The notes: generated by a model not told the origin, from the letters alone. DNA of 50,454 nt from Parcubacteria group bacterium (GCA_038327915.1 JBBQLO010000002.1:1-50454), one strand, 5' to 3'. Numbered from the stretch's first letter, positions 8,134 to 17,076 are shown. Numbers and translations are program-made.

Positions 8134-8424
8134 TTACAAATATTTTTTTCCGTATCTCCGCATTGATTGTTCAACAATGCGTATACCTTTGCCTTTTTCT
8201 GTAATAGAATATGACCCAGTATCCGTTTTTAAAAGCATTTTTTCTTGTTCTAGTTTTTTTAGTTTTAAAGTAAGAGTTCGTGTGGAGATACCTGTAAGAG
8301 ACCGTTCGAGTTCGCAAAAACGTTGTGAACCAGTAAGAAGATTACGAATAATAAGCATAGTCCATGGGTCAGACAAAAGCAGTGCTGTTTTCATAACAGG
8401 GCATGTTTTTTCTAAAGTTTTCAT
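8134..8424 (-). CDS. HxlR-family winged-HTH transcriptional regulator
   Basis: CPVMKTALLLSDPWTMLIIRNLLTGSQRFCELERSLTGISTRTLTLKLKKLE matches the HxlR signature. Divergent from the nitroreductase gene, a common pairing. Confidence 0.85.
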   Translation of the reverse strand: MKTLEKTCPVMKTALLLSDPWTMLIIRNLLTGSQRFCELERSLTGISTRTLTLKLKKLEQEKMLLKTDTGSYSITEKGKGIRIVEQSMRRYGKKYL

Positions 8425-8525
8425 ATAAATTACATTGTACCATTAAACAGGTGTAATGTATACTTTACTTTGTAAAGTATTAATACTAGACTTATTTTAA
8501 TTACTTATAACAAACACATAAACGC

Positions 8526-9161
8526 ATGAAAAATATCATTGATTCATTAAAATGGAGATACGCGGTACAAGTATTTGATCAGGAGAAAAAACTGACAGAG
8601 GCACAACTTGATACTGTTCTCGAAGGAGCACGTCTTTCCCCTTCTTCATATGGACTCCAACCATGGAAATTTATTGTCGTAAATAATACAAAAATTCGAT
8701 CAAAGTTACGCGAGGCTGGCTATGGTCAAGCTAAAATATCTGAGGCTTCTCATCTCGTTGTTATTGCAGTACCGCGTGTACTTGATGATTCGACTGTAGA
8801 TGAATACATTCAATCTGTCGCGGACATACGGGGTGTGAGCATTGAAAGTTTAGATGGATTCAGTCACGCACTTAAAGGATCAGTTAACGGACGCACACCA
8901 CAAGAGAGAGTTGAATGGGCTACTCGCCAAGCATATATTGCTCTTGGAATACTACTCGCCACAGCTGCTTCAGAACGAATAGATGCCGGCCCAATGGAGG
9001 GCTTTGATCCTAAAAAGTTTGATGAGATTCTAGAACTAAAAAAAATCGGACTTGAGTCGAAAGTAATAGTCGCACTCGGATTTCGTTCTGAAAGTGACGT
9101 TATGGCCCACACCCCCAAAGTACGATTTCCAAAAGAAAAAGTGGTGATTGAAATTAATTAG
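8526..9161 (+). CDS. Nitroreductase-family NAD(P)H-flavin oxidoreductase
   Basis: 211 aa. RYAVQVFD...LEGARLSPSSYGLQPWKFIVV...AVP...ACIALG-like motifs of the nitroreductase fold. Confidence 0.88.
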   Translation: MKNIIDSLKWRYAVQVFDQEKKLTEAQLDTVLEGARLSPSSYGLQPWKFIVVNNTKIRSKLREAGYGQAKISEASHLVVIAVPRVLDDSTVDEYIQSVADIRGVSIESLDGFSHALKGSVNGRTPQERVEWATRQAYIALGILLATAASERIDAGPMEGFDPKKFDEILELKKIGLESKVIVALGFRSESDVMAHTPKVRFPKEKVVIEIN

Positions 9162-9624
9162 CACTAAGCGTTCGATCGCTTAGTTTGTTCCACCCGAGTA
9201 CAGGATGCAACTCCCACCAACGATGTGCGACGTCATATCGGACAATTCCCCATATGTGTATTTTTTCTCCGATTGCGGGTAACGGAATAGCTACTTCTTT
9301 GATTGTTTCGGCTACGAGTATACCGTTTGAACCTCTTATATTAACATGAACATCTCCGTCGCCTGACTTTTGAATAGCCTCTACTACCCCCTCCACTGAA
9401 GCGCGAGGGCCTGTAAAAAAACCGCGGTTAATATACCCGACAGAAACGAGTGGGTAATCTTCTTCTTCGACAGAGATATCTCTGTGATTTATAAAAAAAC
9501 CGTAGATTGGAGTAACGAAAGAAGGATTGTATAATGTGAAATTAAGCACAAAATCAAAAAAGCAAAATAATATAAAAATTAAAATAATTTTAAAAAACTT
9601 TTTTTGAAAAAAATTTCTGTTCAT
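9154..9624 (-). CDS. Hypothetical N-terminally membrane-anchored protein, last gene of the lexA-2 operon
   Basis: 156 aa. Hydrophobic anchor IILIFILFCFFDFVL followed by a soluble domain ending HRWWELHPVLGW. Lies 66 nt downstream of lexA-2 on the same strand. Confidence 0.5.
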   Translation of the reverse strand: MNRNFFQKKFFKIILIFILFCFFDFVLNFTLYNPSFVTPIYGFFINHRDISVEEEDYPLVSVGYINRGFFTGPRASVEGVVEAIQKSGDGDVHVNIRGSNGILVAETIKEVAIPLPAIGEKIHIWGIVRYDVAHRWWELHPVLGWNKLSDRTLSAN

Positions 9625-9690
9625 AGCGTGAGTGTATCATATCTACAAAGATATATTTAGTGGTATAGAAACTATAAATCTTATTATTTC

Positions 9691-10257
9691 TCAATACTTT
9701 CTAATAACAGCTTTCACCACAGCTACAACGTGTAAACTGTGAGTAGGGTGAAGTGCCTTAAAATTTTTATTAGCGGGTTCAAGCCAGACTTTACCACTTT
9801 GCATGCGAAAGTATTTCAGTGTAAATTCTCCATCTATCTCAGCAATAACTATTTGCATATCTCTCGCAATCTGAGTTTTTTCCACCAATACCATGTCACC
9901 TTCTTGTATGTGTGCGTCTATCATAGAATCCCCGTCAACTTCTAGCATGTAAGTAGATTCCTTTTTATCAATCAAAAAATCATTGAGACTAAGAGTATCT
10001 CGTGACTCTTCTTCTACGACAGATGGAAATCCCGCCCTAACTAAACCAAGAAGAGATATCTCTCCAAAGGATTGACCTGGAAGCAATCGACCCAAATGGT
10101 CTTTTGTGACAAATCCGGCTGTCATGAGTTTATCTACAAGTCGGTATACAGCATTTTTTGATTTAAAACCAAAAAGCTTCATCATTTCAGAATATGAAGG
10201 CATGCGTTTTTTGGAGTGATGAAAGGAGATGAGTTTGTTTGTGTATTCCGTGTTCAT
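9691..10257 (-). CDS. lexA: LexA repressor (S24 peptidase), paralog 2
   Basis: 188 aa, collinear with paralog 1. Has a wHTH, an Ala-Gly site (VRA/GFP), GDSMIDAH (Ser) and TLKYF (Lys). The C-terminus VAVVKAVIRKY is nearly identical to AAVVKAVVRKY of paralog 1. Confidence 0.88.
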   Translation of the reverse strand: MNTEYTNKLISFHHSKKRMPSYSEMMKLFGFKSKNAVYRLVDKLMTAGFVTKDHLGRLLPGQSFGEISLLGLVRAGFPSVVEEESRDTLSLNDFLIDKKESTYMLEVDGDSMIDAHIQEGDMVLVEKTQIARDMQIVIAEIDGEFTLKYFRMQSGKVWLEPANKNFKALHPTHSLHVVAVVKAVIRKY

Positions 10258-10299
10258 TGTTTGCTTGTGTGTGAATCCTCAGTTATTTTTTGTTGTTAG

Positions 10300-10527
10300 T
10301 TAAAAACTAAAAGGAGACATAAATTTTGACAGAATTTTTGGAAAAAGGCTACCATATCTTTTCTTTCTCAATTTTTTTGCCTGTTCTTTAAGCATCTTGT
10401 GTCTTCGCGCGTCGTCAGAATAATTTTGACCAAAAACTATTTTAAGATCAATTTTATCATTGAGCTTTTGAAGTTCTGTCTCGATAACGTGTCTATAATG
10501 TGTCTGTCGATACTCTATTGTGGTCAT
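10300..10527 (-). CDS. Small basic hypothetical protein (75 aa), first gene of the lexA-2 operon
   Basis: ORF sits between the SOS box/promoter and lexA-2. Predicted helical, Lys/Arg-rich, with a hydrophobic/amphipathic tail GSLFPKILSKFMSPFSF. No recognisable family. Confidence 0.5.
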   Translation of the reverse strand: MTTIEYRQTHYRHVIETELQKLNDKIDLKIVFGQNYSDDARRHKMLKEQAKKLRKKRYGSLFPKILSKFMSPFSF

Positions 10528-10547
10528 GGTATTCTGGATAAATAATA

Positions 10548-10571
10548 ATATGTGAACGAGCGTTCACATAT
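10548..10571. promoter_or_regulatory. SOS box / LexA operator, second copy
   Basis: 24-nt palindrome ATATGTGAACGAGCGTTCACATAT. Core GAACGAGCGTTC (10554-10565) is identical to the box at 2388-2399. On the minus strand it follows TTGACG(10597-10602)-N17-TATTAT(10574-10579), so it overlaps the predicted start site. Confidence 0.75.
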
Positions 10572-10727
10572 TTATAATATACAACTACACTTGCGTCGTC
10601 AAACTATTTTTGCAACAGGGCACAAATATACATTTCTGTACATTTTCTCTTTTCAGATAAAATGCTAAAAAATAATCTTAGACCGTTTATCAATGCCATT
10701 TATGTGCTAAACTGTTATTTTTAAACC

Positions 10728-11774
10728 ATGAAAATCTATTTTCCTTTTCTTGACGGTGTACGTTTTTTCGCAGCTTTTTGGGTTATGAATTTTCATTATC
10801 TTTTTGTTCTCGGTCTATCATCTGACTTGCATTGGTATCGGTATGGAAATCTAGGAGTACAGTTATTTTTTATCATTAGCGGATTTGTCATTGTTCAATC
10901 CATTCAGGGTAAGACTACACAGGAATTTGCTATTGGTCGCTTCGTGAGACTCTTCCCTCTTTTTTGGATTCTGTGTACTCTCACGTATATCATCACACTT
11001 ATAGTACCCCATGCCAATAGTCTGTATGTGAGTGAATACTTAGTTAGCATGACTATGTTTGGAGATACTATAAATGGTGCTGCGCACAATACACTTCGCC
11101 TGGTAGACCCTTCCTACTGGACATTAACTGTAGAACTTATTTTCTATATTGCAGTAGGATCATTTGCTCATTTTTTCACATATAAAAAAATACGCTACTT
11201 TTTATTATTTTGGCTCCTTCTGAGTATCACTGCGTTTATATTTCACATAGAACAGAATTTTTATATCAAATTAGCTCTGGTACGACACGCTTCTTATTTT
11301 ATTTTTGGAGGTGCCCTCGCTCTACTCGCTACAAAACAAGCTATCAATCTGTATGAAAAATATTTCGATTGGAGTCTACTTTTTTTAAGTGCACTGTATT
11401 CTCTTTATATACATTCGAGAGCTATCCCCGCATACCTGCACCCAAACCCTCTTGACTCGTACATTACGAGCGCAATACTCCTTGTTTTCTTTCTTGGAGT
11501 TGGAATCCTGGTGTACACATCTCGATATATAAAAAATCCTCGCATGATTCAAATTTTGCTTGTTTTTGGTGGTCTTTCATATCCTTTGTATCTTTTGCAC
11601 CAAACAATAGGAAATATTATTATAAATTATGTAACAGACAAATATCATATCCTATGGAACAACTTTGCTATTGGGTTTGAAGTATTTATTATTATTGTTG
11701 CGTACATTATTTATATTCAAGACAAAAAAATACGTGCGTGGTTACAAAAGAAAATATTCCTCGGTAAGGGGTAG
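10728..11774 (+). CDS. Acyltransferase family 3 (OafA-like) integral membrane protein
   Basis: 348 aa, about 10 TM segments. N-terminal LDGVRFFAAFWVMNFH is typical of acyltransferase_3. Confidence 0.85.
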   Translation: MKIYFPFLDGVRFFAAFWVMNFHYLFVLGLSSDLHWYRYGNLGVQLFFIISGFVIVQSIQGKTTQEFAIGRFVRLFPLFWILCTLTYIITLIVPHANSLYVSEYLVSMTMFGDTINGAAHNTLRLVDPSYWTLTVELIFYIAVGSFAHFFTYKKIRYFLLFWLLLSITAFIFHIEQNFYIKLALVRHASYFIFGGALALLATKQAINLYEKYFDWSLLFLSALYSLYIHSRAIPAYLHPNPLDSYITSAILLVFFLGVGILVYTSRYIKNPRMIQILLVFGGLSYPLYLLHQTIGNIIINYVTDKYHILWNNFAIGFEVFIIIVAYIIYIQDKKIRAWLQKKIFLGKG

Positions 11775-11830
11775 TGGAACCATGTATTACAACACACTTT
11801 TAAACAACTAACTTACACAAATATTATAAA

Positions 11831-11878
11831 AAGTATGATACATTGTACAAGTATGTATAAGTCTGTATAAGTTTGTAC
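11831..11878. repeat. Helically phased 10-bp direct repeats immediately upstream of the HTH-histidine kinase gene
   Basis: AAGTATGTAT / AAGTCTGTAT / AAGTTTGTAC at 11849-11878 in exact 10-bp register, plus a fourth AAGTATGATA at 11831. The array ends 7 nt before ATG 11886. Confidence 0.5.
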
Positions 11879-11885
11879 TAGTCAT

Positions 11886-13958
11886 ATGTCAAAACAAGAA
11901 TCAAAATTATTGAACGTCCAACAATCAGCAACTTTTTTAGGACTCAACCCAGCGACCATTCGAAGATGGGCTAAAACAAACCAACTCAATGGAATAAAAG
12001 TAGGCAGTCGCGGAGACTGGCGTTTTACTGAAGAAGCACTTTCACAACTAACACGTAAACCAAGTATTCGAGAAGAACAACGTAAATTCGTGAAAATTAA
12101 AAAATTAATCACAGAAAACTGGGACTCAATCCAGAAGTCTGCAACTGCACACCACACATACCTCATCGGTGGTGATCCACTTCCACCAGAACATATCTCA
12201 AAATACAAAAACCTCCACACACAAATGATTAAAGCTATTGCACACAACCTTCATGATTTTGAAAAAGGAACAACTCATTTTAATATACTCGGAGTAGAGC
12301 TCGCTAAAGAAGCCGTCCGAGATAATCTGACTATAGAGGAAGCAGTCGACGGTACTATTTTTATGAAGCAAGCTATTTGGAAGACTCTTGAAAAAACAGG
12401 TATTTTAAACGAACTCTCCACTCAGGATGTGTATGAGTTCAGCCAAATCATAGGAAGTTATTGCGATATACTCGCTTCAAAAATCGCTTTTACATATCAC
12501 AATGTTCTCAGTGAAAAAATTTCTGCATCCGAAGAACGGTTTAAAGCACTTACTGAAAAAAGTGCAGATGCCATTGCTCAAGTAGATAGAAAAGGTAAAG
12601 TCTTGTATGCGAGCTCGTCAACACAGGAAGTTCTTGGCTATACTCAAGAAGAATTAAAAAAACTAAATAATCCCTTTGAACTCGTGCCTCAGAATGAAAG
12701 AATAATTATAACCAAAATTTTTGCAAAAATTCTATCAAAACCAGGCGGTATCGAAAGAGTAAAATACCGTGTCTTGCATAAAGGTGGTCATCACATATGG
12801 GTTGAATCTGTTATGACAAACTTACTCAGTGACCCCAACATCGCTGCTGTGGTTATAAACTACAGTGATGTGACTGAACGCACTCAATCCGAAGATGCCC
12901 TCAAAGAAAGTGAGGAGCGACTACGTATTGCTCTGGAAGCAGGTCAAATAGGCGTATGGGACTGGAATATACAAACAAATACTTTTGTTTGGTCTGACAG
13001 AGTGTATGAATTTTATGGTGTCGCAAAAGAAGACTTTGATGTTACCCACGAAAACTTTAGTAAGTACATGTTTCCCGATGACAGGAAAAGAGTAGAGGAA
13101 GCTATAAAAAAAGCACTCGAAGGTAGCGAGGAATACGATATTGTTTCTCGTATTGTGTCTCTCGAAGGAAAAATAAAATGGTTATCTTCTCGTGCGGTAG
13201 TAACGAGAGACAGTAAAGGAAATCCGCTTCGCATGCTCGGAGCAACGTCTGACGTCACTGAACAAAAAAAAATTGAGCAAGACAAAAATGATTTCGTCAG
13301 TATTGCAACTCATGAATTAAAAACTCCTGTTACCTCTCTCAAAGCATATGCAGAAGTCATGCAAAAAACTTTTGTCAGAGCAGGAGACACAGTTTCAGCT
13401 CGAAATTTAGGAAAAATGAATTCGCAACTTGACAAGTTAACAAGTTTGATTGGAAGCATGCTCGACTCTATAAAAATTGATTCTGATAAATTACTTATGC
13501 GAGAAGAATTATTTGACTTTGACAGCTTAGTAGAAGAAATTGTGGAAGAAATGCAACGGACTACAGAAAAACATAGCATTTCTATCCGAGGTAAAACAAA
13601 AAAAAGTATATATGCAGACAGAGGTAGAGTTGGTCAAATACTCACAAATCTACTTTCAAATGCTATTAAATACAGTCCTCAGAGCGACTCGGTGTTAGTG
13701 CAATTATCCTCAAATTCCAAAAATATAACTCTCAGTGTGAAGGATTTTGGCATGGGAATTTCAAAGAAAAAACAACCCTTTGTTTTTGAAAGATTTTACC
13801 GAGGTGTTGGACCAAAAGAAATAACTTTCCCCGGACTTGGACTCGGACTATATATTTCACGAGAAATTGTCAAAAAAGAAGGCGGAAAAATTTGGGTTAA
13901 AAGTATAGAGGGTAAAGGTTCAACATTTAGCTTTAGTTTGCCTGTAAAGAAACAATAA
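11886..13958 (+). CDS. Cytoplasmic sensor histidine kinase: N-terminal excisionase/MerR-type HTH, two PAS domains, HisKA and HATPase_c
   Basis: N-terminus LLNVQQSATFLGLNPATIRRWAKTNQLNGIKVGSRGDWRF (HTH_17-like). PAS-like segments ERFKALTEKSADAI... and ERLRIALEAGQIGVWDWN.... H-box SIATHELKTPV. N-box/G-boxes LLSNAIKYS, DFGMGI, GLGLGLYISREIV. No TM segment. Confidence 0.9.
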   Translation: MSKQESKLLNVQQSATFLGLNPATIRRWAKTNQLNGIKVGSRGDWRFTEEALSQLTRKPSIREEQRKFVKIKKLITENWDSIQKSATAHHTYLIGGDPLPPEHISKYKNLHTQMIKAIAHNLHDFEKGTTHFNILGVELAKEAVRDNLTIEEAVDGTIFMKQAIWKTLEKTGILNELSTQDVYEFSQIIGSYCDILASKIAFTYHNVLSEKISASEERFKALTEKSADAIAQVDRKGKVLYASSSTQEVLGYTQEELKKLNNPFELVPQNERIIITKIFAKILSKPGGIERVKYRVLHKGGHHIWVESVMTNLLSDPNIAAVVINYSDVTERTQSEDALKESEERLRIALEAGQIGVWDWNIQTNTFVWSDRVYEFYGVAKEDFDVTHENFSKYMFPDDRKRVEEAIKKALEGSEEYDIVSRIVSLEGKIKWLSSRAVVTRDSKGNPLRMLGATSDVTEQKKIEQDKNDFVSIATHELKTPVTSLKAYAEVMQKTFVRAGDTVSARNLGKMNSQLDKLTSLIGSMLDSIKIDSDKLLMREELFDFDSLVEEIVEEMQRTTEKHSISIRGKTKKSIYADRGRVGQILTNLLSNAIKYSPQSDSVLVQLSSNSKNITLSVKDFGMGISKKKQPFVFERFYRGVGPKEITFPGLGLGLYISREIVKKEGGKIWVKSIEGKGSTFSFSLPVKKQ

Positions 13959-13962
13959 AAAG

Positions 13963-14352
13963 ATGAAGAAAAAAGTGTCACAACCAAAAGTCATTCTGCG
14001 GAAGAAAATTATGATTGCTGATGATGACCCAGCTATTGTTGATTCTCTCACCATGATGCTCGAGTACGGTGGATACGAAGTAACTTCAACTTTAGATGGA
14101 GCGACTATTTTAAATACGAAGAGTCCGCTACCCGATCTCTTGTTACTCGATATTTGGATGTCTGGAGAAGATGGAAAAGAAATATGCAAAACTCTTAAAA
14201 GTAAGAAAAAGACGAAACATTTTCCTATTATTTTACTTTCTGCTAGTCAAGATATAGAGAAAGCGGTGAAAGAGTCTGGAGCAGATGGCTATATAGCAAA
14301 ACCTTTCCAAATGAATGATTTATTTGCAATGATTGAAAAATACACTTCGTAA
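13963..14352 (+). CDS. Single-domain response regulator (CheY-like receiver)
   Basis: IMIADDDPAI...DLLLLDIWMSGEDG...ILLSAS...YIAKPF carries the receiver acidic pocket, phospho-Asp and conserved Lys. No output domain. Confidence 0.9.
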   Translation: MKKKVSQPKVILRKKIMIADDDPAIVDSLTMMLEYGGYEVTSTLDGATILNTKSPLPDLLLLDIWMSGEDGKEICKTLKSKKKTKHFPIILLSASQDIEKAVKESGADGYIAKPFQMNDLFAMIEKYTS

Positions 14353-14358
14353 GTTAAA

Positions 14359-14601
14359 ATGAATACACACAAAACAGAAAAAAATACTAAAAAAGAAATT
14401 CACGCACTCATACATGATCTTCGAAATTTGTTGAGTGCAATATACAATTTTACTCAGATTTTAGAACTCTCTTTTTCTACGCATGAAATGGAGAAGGAGA
14501 AAAAAATAGTTCAACATATTTATGAATCTGCACAAAAAATGGAACATCTCATGCGCGTGCATACGGACAGCGCTCAGGGTACAGAGGACACGCACATCTA
14601 A
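14359..14601 (+). CDS. Stand-alone DHp/HisKA-like mini-protein (possible histidine phosphotransferase)
   Basis: 80 aa. H-box-like IHALIHDLRNLLSAIYNFTQIL followed by a second helix. No ATPase domain. Starts 6 nt after the receiver gene. Confidence 0.5.
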   Translation: MNTHKTEKNTKKEIHALIHDLRNLLSAIYNFTQILELSFSTHEMEKEKKIVQHIYESAQKMEHLMRVHTDSAQGTEDTHI

Positions 14602-14612
14602 AGGATACAGGG

Positions 14613-15887
14613 TTATTTTTTAAGCACATTCCAGATATCCGGATCTGATCCACCATCAAGTTTAAAAATTACAATTCCCCTTACACCAAGCTTTTTAGCC
14701 AAAGTAATTTTAGCCGAAATGGCTTTCGCATCACTCCACCAAAGAAGTCGAAAAGGTGCCGAGTCTGTGTTCAACTTTACTTGTCTTAGAGTCGGAGAAC
14801 CTGTGGAATAAGTGACCGCATTTTGTCCAAATACAGATGTATCAAGCGAAGGGGTTGTAGAACTCGAGGGTGGTGTCGGCGTGGTTAGAGAAGTAGATGT
14901 TGGAACATATAAAAAACTTATTTCTCCTGCACTGTTGCGTGTAGGGCTTATGCCATATGCGGAAGCAATATCAAGTGCATATTTAGGATTAAAAGATGTC
15001 TTTCTCTCGTATATATAAGCTCCATTGTCGGGAGTAACTGTATACAAATATCCATATGTTGCAACTCCAATAACTAGTTTCTTTTTTGAAATAGTTTTTG
15101 CGGCGAGGCGTATGACTTTTTCTACCCATTGCGGGTCTGCCACAGGGACATACGGTAGAGAAGTTTGTGTATTGAGTGTGAGATCAATGGTTCCCTGGTC
15201 GTAGGTCATAATTCTGACACGATCGCAATATGTATTGATCGCTCCATAGTCATTAGCATATGTAATGTCATTCGGAGGAGTTATAAAACGATCTTCAAGA
15301 GGTGTCCGTGCTTCAATAGTACAGCTCAGTATTTTTTTACCTATTTTAGCTTTGCGGAAAGCTTTCTGTACGTCGCGGAGGAAAAAAGAAAAATATTTCT
15401 CTGTTTTAGAATCTTTGCCTTCATAATCAATATCGACTCCATCAAAATTATTCGACATTACCATGTCCACGAGTGCATGCACATGTGCTCTGCGTAATGC
15501 AGGACTTCGTAAGACCGTGTCAATAGCTGTGGGGCTACTCCACATAACCGTAGGTATTATTTTGACTTTATGTATTTTTGCAGTAGCAAATAAGTTTGGC
15601 CACGGGAGAGAGTTTATATTCATCATATCGTATAAGCTACCATTATTTTTAACTGTATATCCAAATGGACTAAGTTCAGAAAAAAGACCTATGTGACCAA
15701 TAGCTTCGAGAGTACCCGTTGCTTTTCTCCAATATGGAATCCAAGCCGAGACTTCAATTGGGTGACTTTGAACTAGCTGTGTTTTGGATTTGGGGTGACT
15801 ATTCGCAAATACAGGAAAAGCTACACTCATGAGCATTATATATAAAAAAATTTTGAAAATATGTTTTGTTTTGTGGATATTCATCAT
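14613..15887 (-). CDS. Secreted glycoside hydrolase family 18 (chitinase/YaaH-like) protein
   Basis: Signal peptide. Intact catalytic DxxDxDxE motif as FDGVDIDYE. Thr/Ser/Pro-rich linker near the C-terminus. Confidence 0.85.
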   Translation of the reverse strand: MMNIHKTKHIFKIFLYIMLMSVAFPVFANSHPKSKTQLVQSHPIEVSAWIPYWRKATGTLEAIGHIGLFSELSPFGYTVKNNGSLYDMMNINSLPWPNLFATAKIHKVKIIPTVMWSSPTAIDTVLRSPALRRAHVHALVDMVMSNNFDGVDIDYEGKDSKTEKYFSFFLRDVQKAFRKAKIGKKILSCTIEARTPLEDRFITPPNDITYANDYGAINTYCDRVRIMTYDQGTIDLTLNTQTSLPYVPVADPQWVEKVIRLAAKTISKKKLVIGVATYGYLYTVTPDNGAYIYERKTSFNPKYALDIASAYGISPTRNSAGEISFLYVPTSTSLTTPTPPSSSTTPSLDTSVFGQNAVTYSTGSPTLRQVKLNTDSAPFRLLWWSDAKAISAKITLAKKLGVRGIVIFKLDGGSDPDIWNVLKK

Positions 15888-15892
15888 ATATA

Positions 15893-16702
15893 TTATTGAA
15901 ATTTCGATAGTGTCGTCGAACTCAATTCACTTATAGTAACAAATGAATACCCTTCTTTTTTAAGACGTCTAATGACCCTCGGAAGGGCTCGTATGGTGTT
16001 ATCTCGAGGGTATCCAATATGTGTGTCTCTTCCATCATGCATTACAACTATAGTGACAGGCTGCATATGTGTCAGTATTCTTCTTTCAATTTGCTTACTC
16101 GATGAATGCTTGTGGTCCCAGTCGACCGGATCAATGTTCCACAATACTATTGTATACCCTTCTTTGGTAAGTTCTGCTCGCATGGCAGAAGATAAAATAC
16201 CGTATGGTGGACGAAATAGTTTTGTATGGATACCAGTGGTAGAAACAATTACGTGGTCAGCGAGTGACAATTCATTTCTCAGTACTTCCGGAGAAGACGA
16301 TCCGAGATAACGTGGGTGGGTGTAAGTATGATTACCGATTTCATTTCCGTCTGCGACTATTCTCCTTGCTATGGTAGGATATTTTAAAATATTATTTCCT
16401 GTGCAAAAAAATGTCGCGTGTACACCCTCTTTTTTTAAAATATCTAAAATCTGCCATGTAGGAGTTCCGTATGGTCCATCATCAAATGTCAATGCGATGA
16501 CTTTCTGCATTCTTTTCTCTACTATTTTTTTTACTACTTTTATGTGCACAACAGTACTTGTACCAATCTGCGTTTCAAGTGCCGAGATGCGGAGTGGAAT
16601 TATAATAGTTGCTAAAATTAGTGCAAAAGACAACACATGATGCAAGTGAGGATAACGCATTTGTATAAAATAAAACCTAGATATGGCATTTGTAATCATC
16701 AT
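15893..16702 (-). CDS. Polysaccharide deacetylase (CE4, NodB homology domain)
   Basis: IALTFDDGP, HATFFCTG, EIGNHTYTHP, LFRPPYG and a later His motif. N-terminal membrane anchor. Confidence 0.9.
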   Translation of the reverse strand: MMITNAISRFYFIQMRYPHLHHVLSFALILATIIIPLRISALETQIGTSTVVHIKVVKKIVEKRMQKVIALTFDDGPYGTPTWQILDILKKEGVHATFFCTGNNILKYPTIARRIVADGNEIGNHTYTHPRYLGSSSPEVLRNELSLADHVIVSTTGIHTKLFRPPYGILSSAMRAELTKEGYTIVLWNIDPVDWDHKHSSSKQIERRILTHMQPVTIVVMHDGRDTHIGYPRDNTIRALPRVIRRLKKEGYSFVTISELSSTTLSKFQ

Positions 16703-16857
16703 TAATATAGTATAGCACTTATAAAAAGTGTTTTGAGCAATGAAACAAAAGAATTTAAAACCTCATTAAGATTTTTTTACAGCTAGTTTTGTTACAAGCC
16801 ATAATTTGATATACTAGCTGAATATAATTTTAATTACGTAATTACATCATATATCAT

Positions 16858-17076
16858 ATGAAAACAATGACATGTGCTCAGATGGGAGGCCCGTGCGACA
16901 CAAAAATAACTGTAGAAACAAAAGAAGAAATGATGAAAGCTGCAATGATACATTTAGAAACAATGCATCCTGAAATGGCTCAAACTATTAAAGAAACACC
17001 CCCGGAGGACCCAATGATGGTTGCGTGGGGTCAAAAATTCGCTGCAGATTGGGAAGCATCCCCCACTATAGAATAA
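16858..17076 (+). CDS. DUF1059-family small protein
   Basis: 72 aa. MTCAQMGGPCDTKITVETKEEMMKAAMIHLETMHPE fits the C-x5-C...T-x-eE...H pattern of DUF1059. Confidence 0.7.
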   Translation: MKTMTCAQMGGPCDTKITVETKEEMMKAAMIHLETMHPEMAQTIKETPPEDPMMVAWGQKFAADWEASPTIE

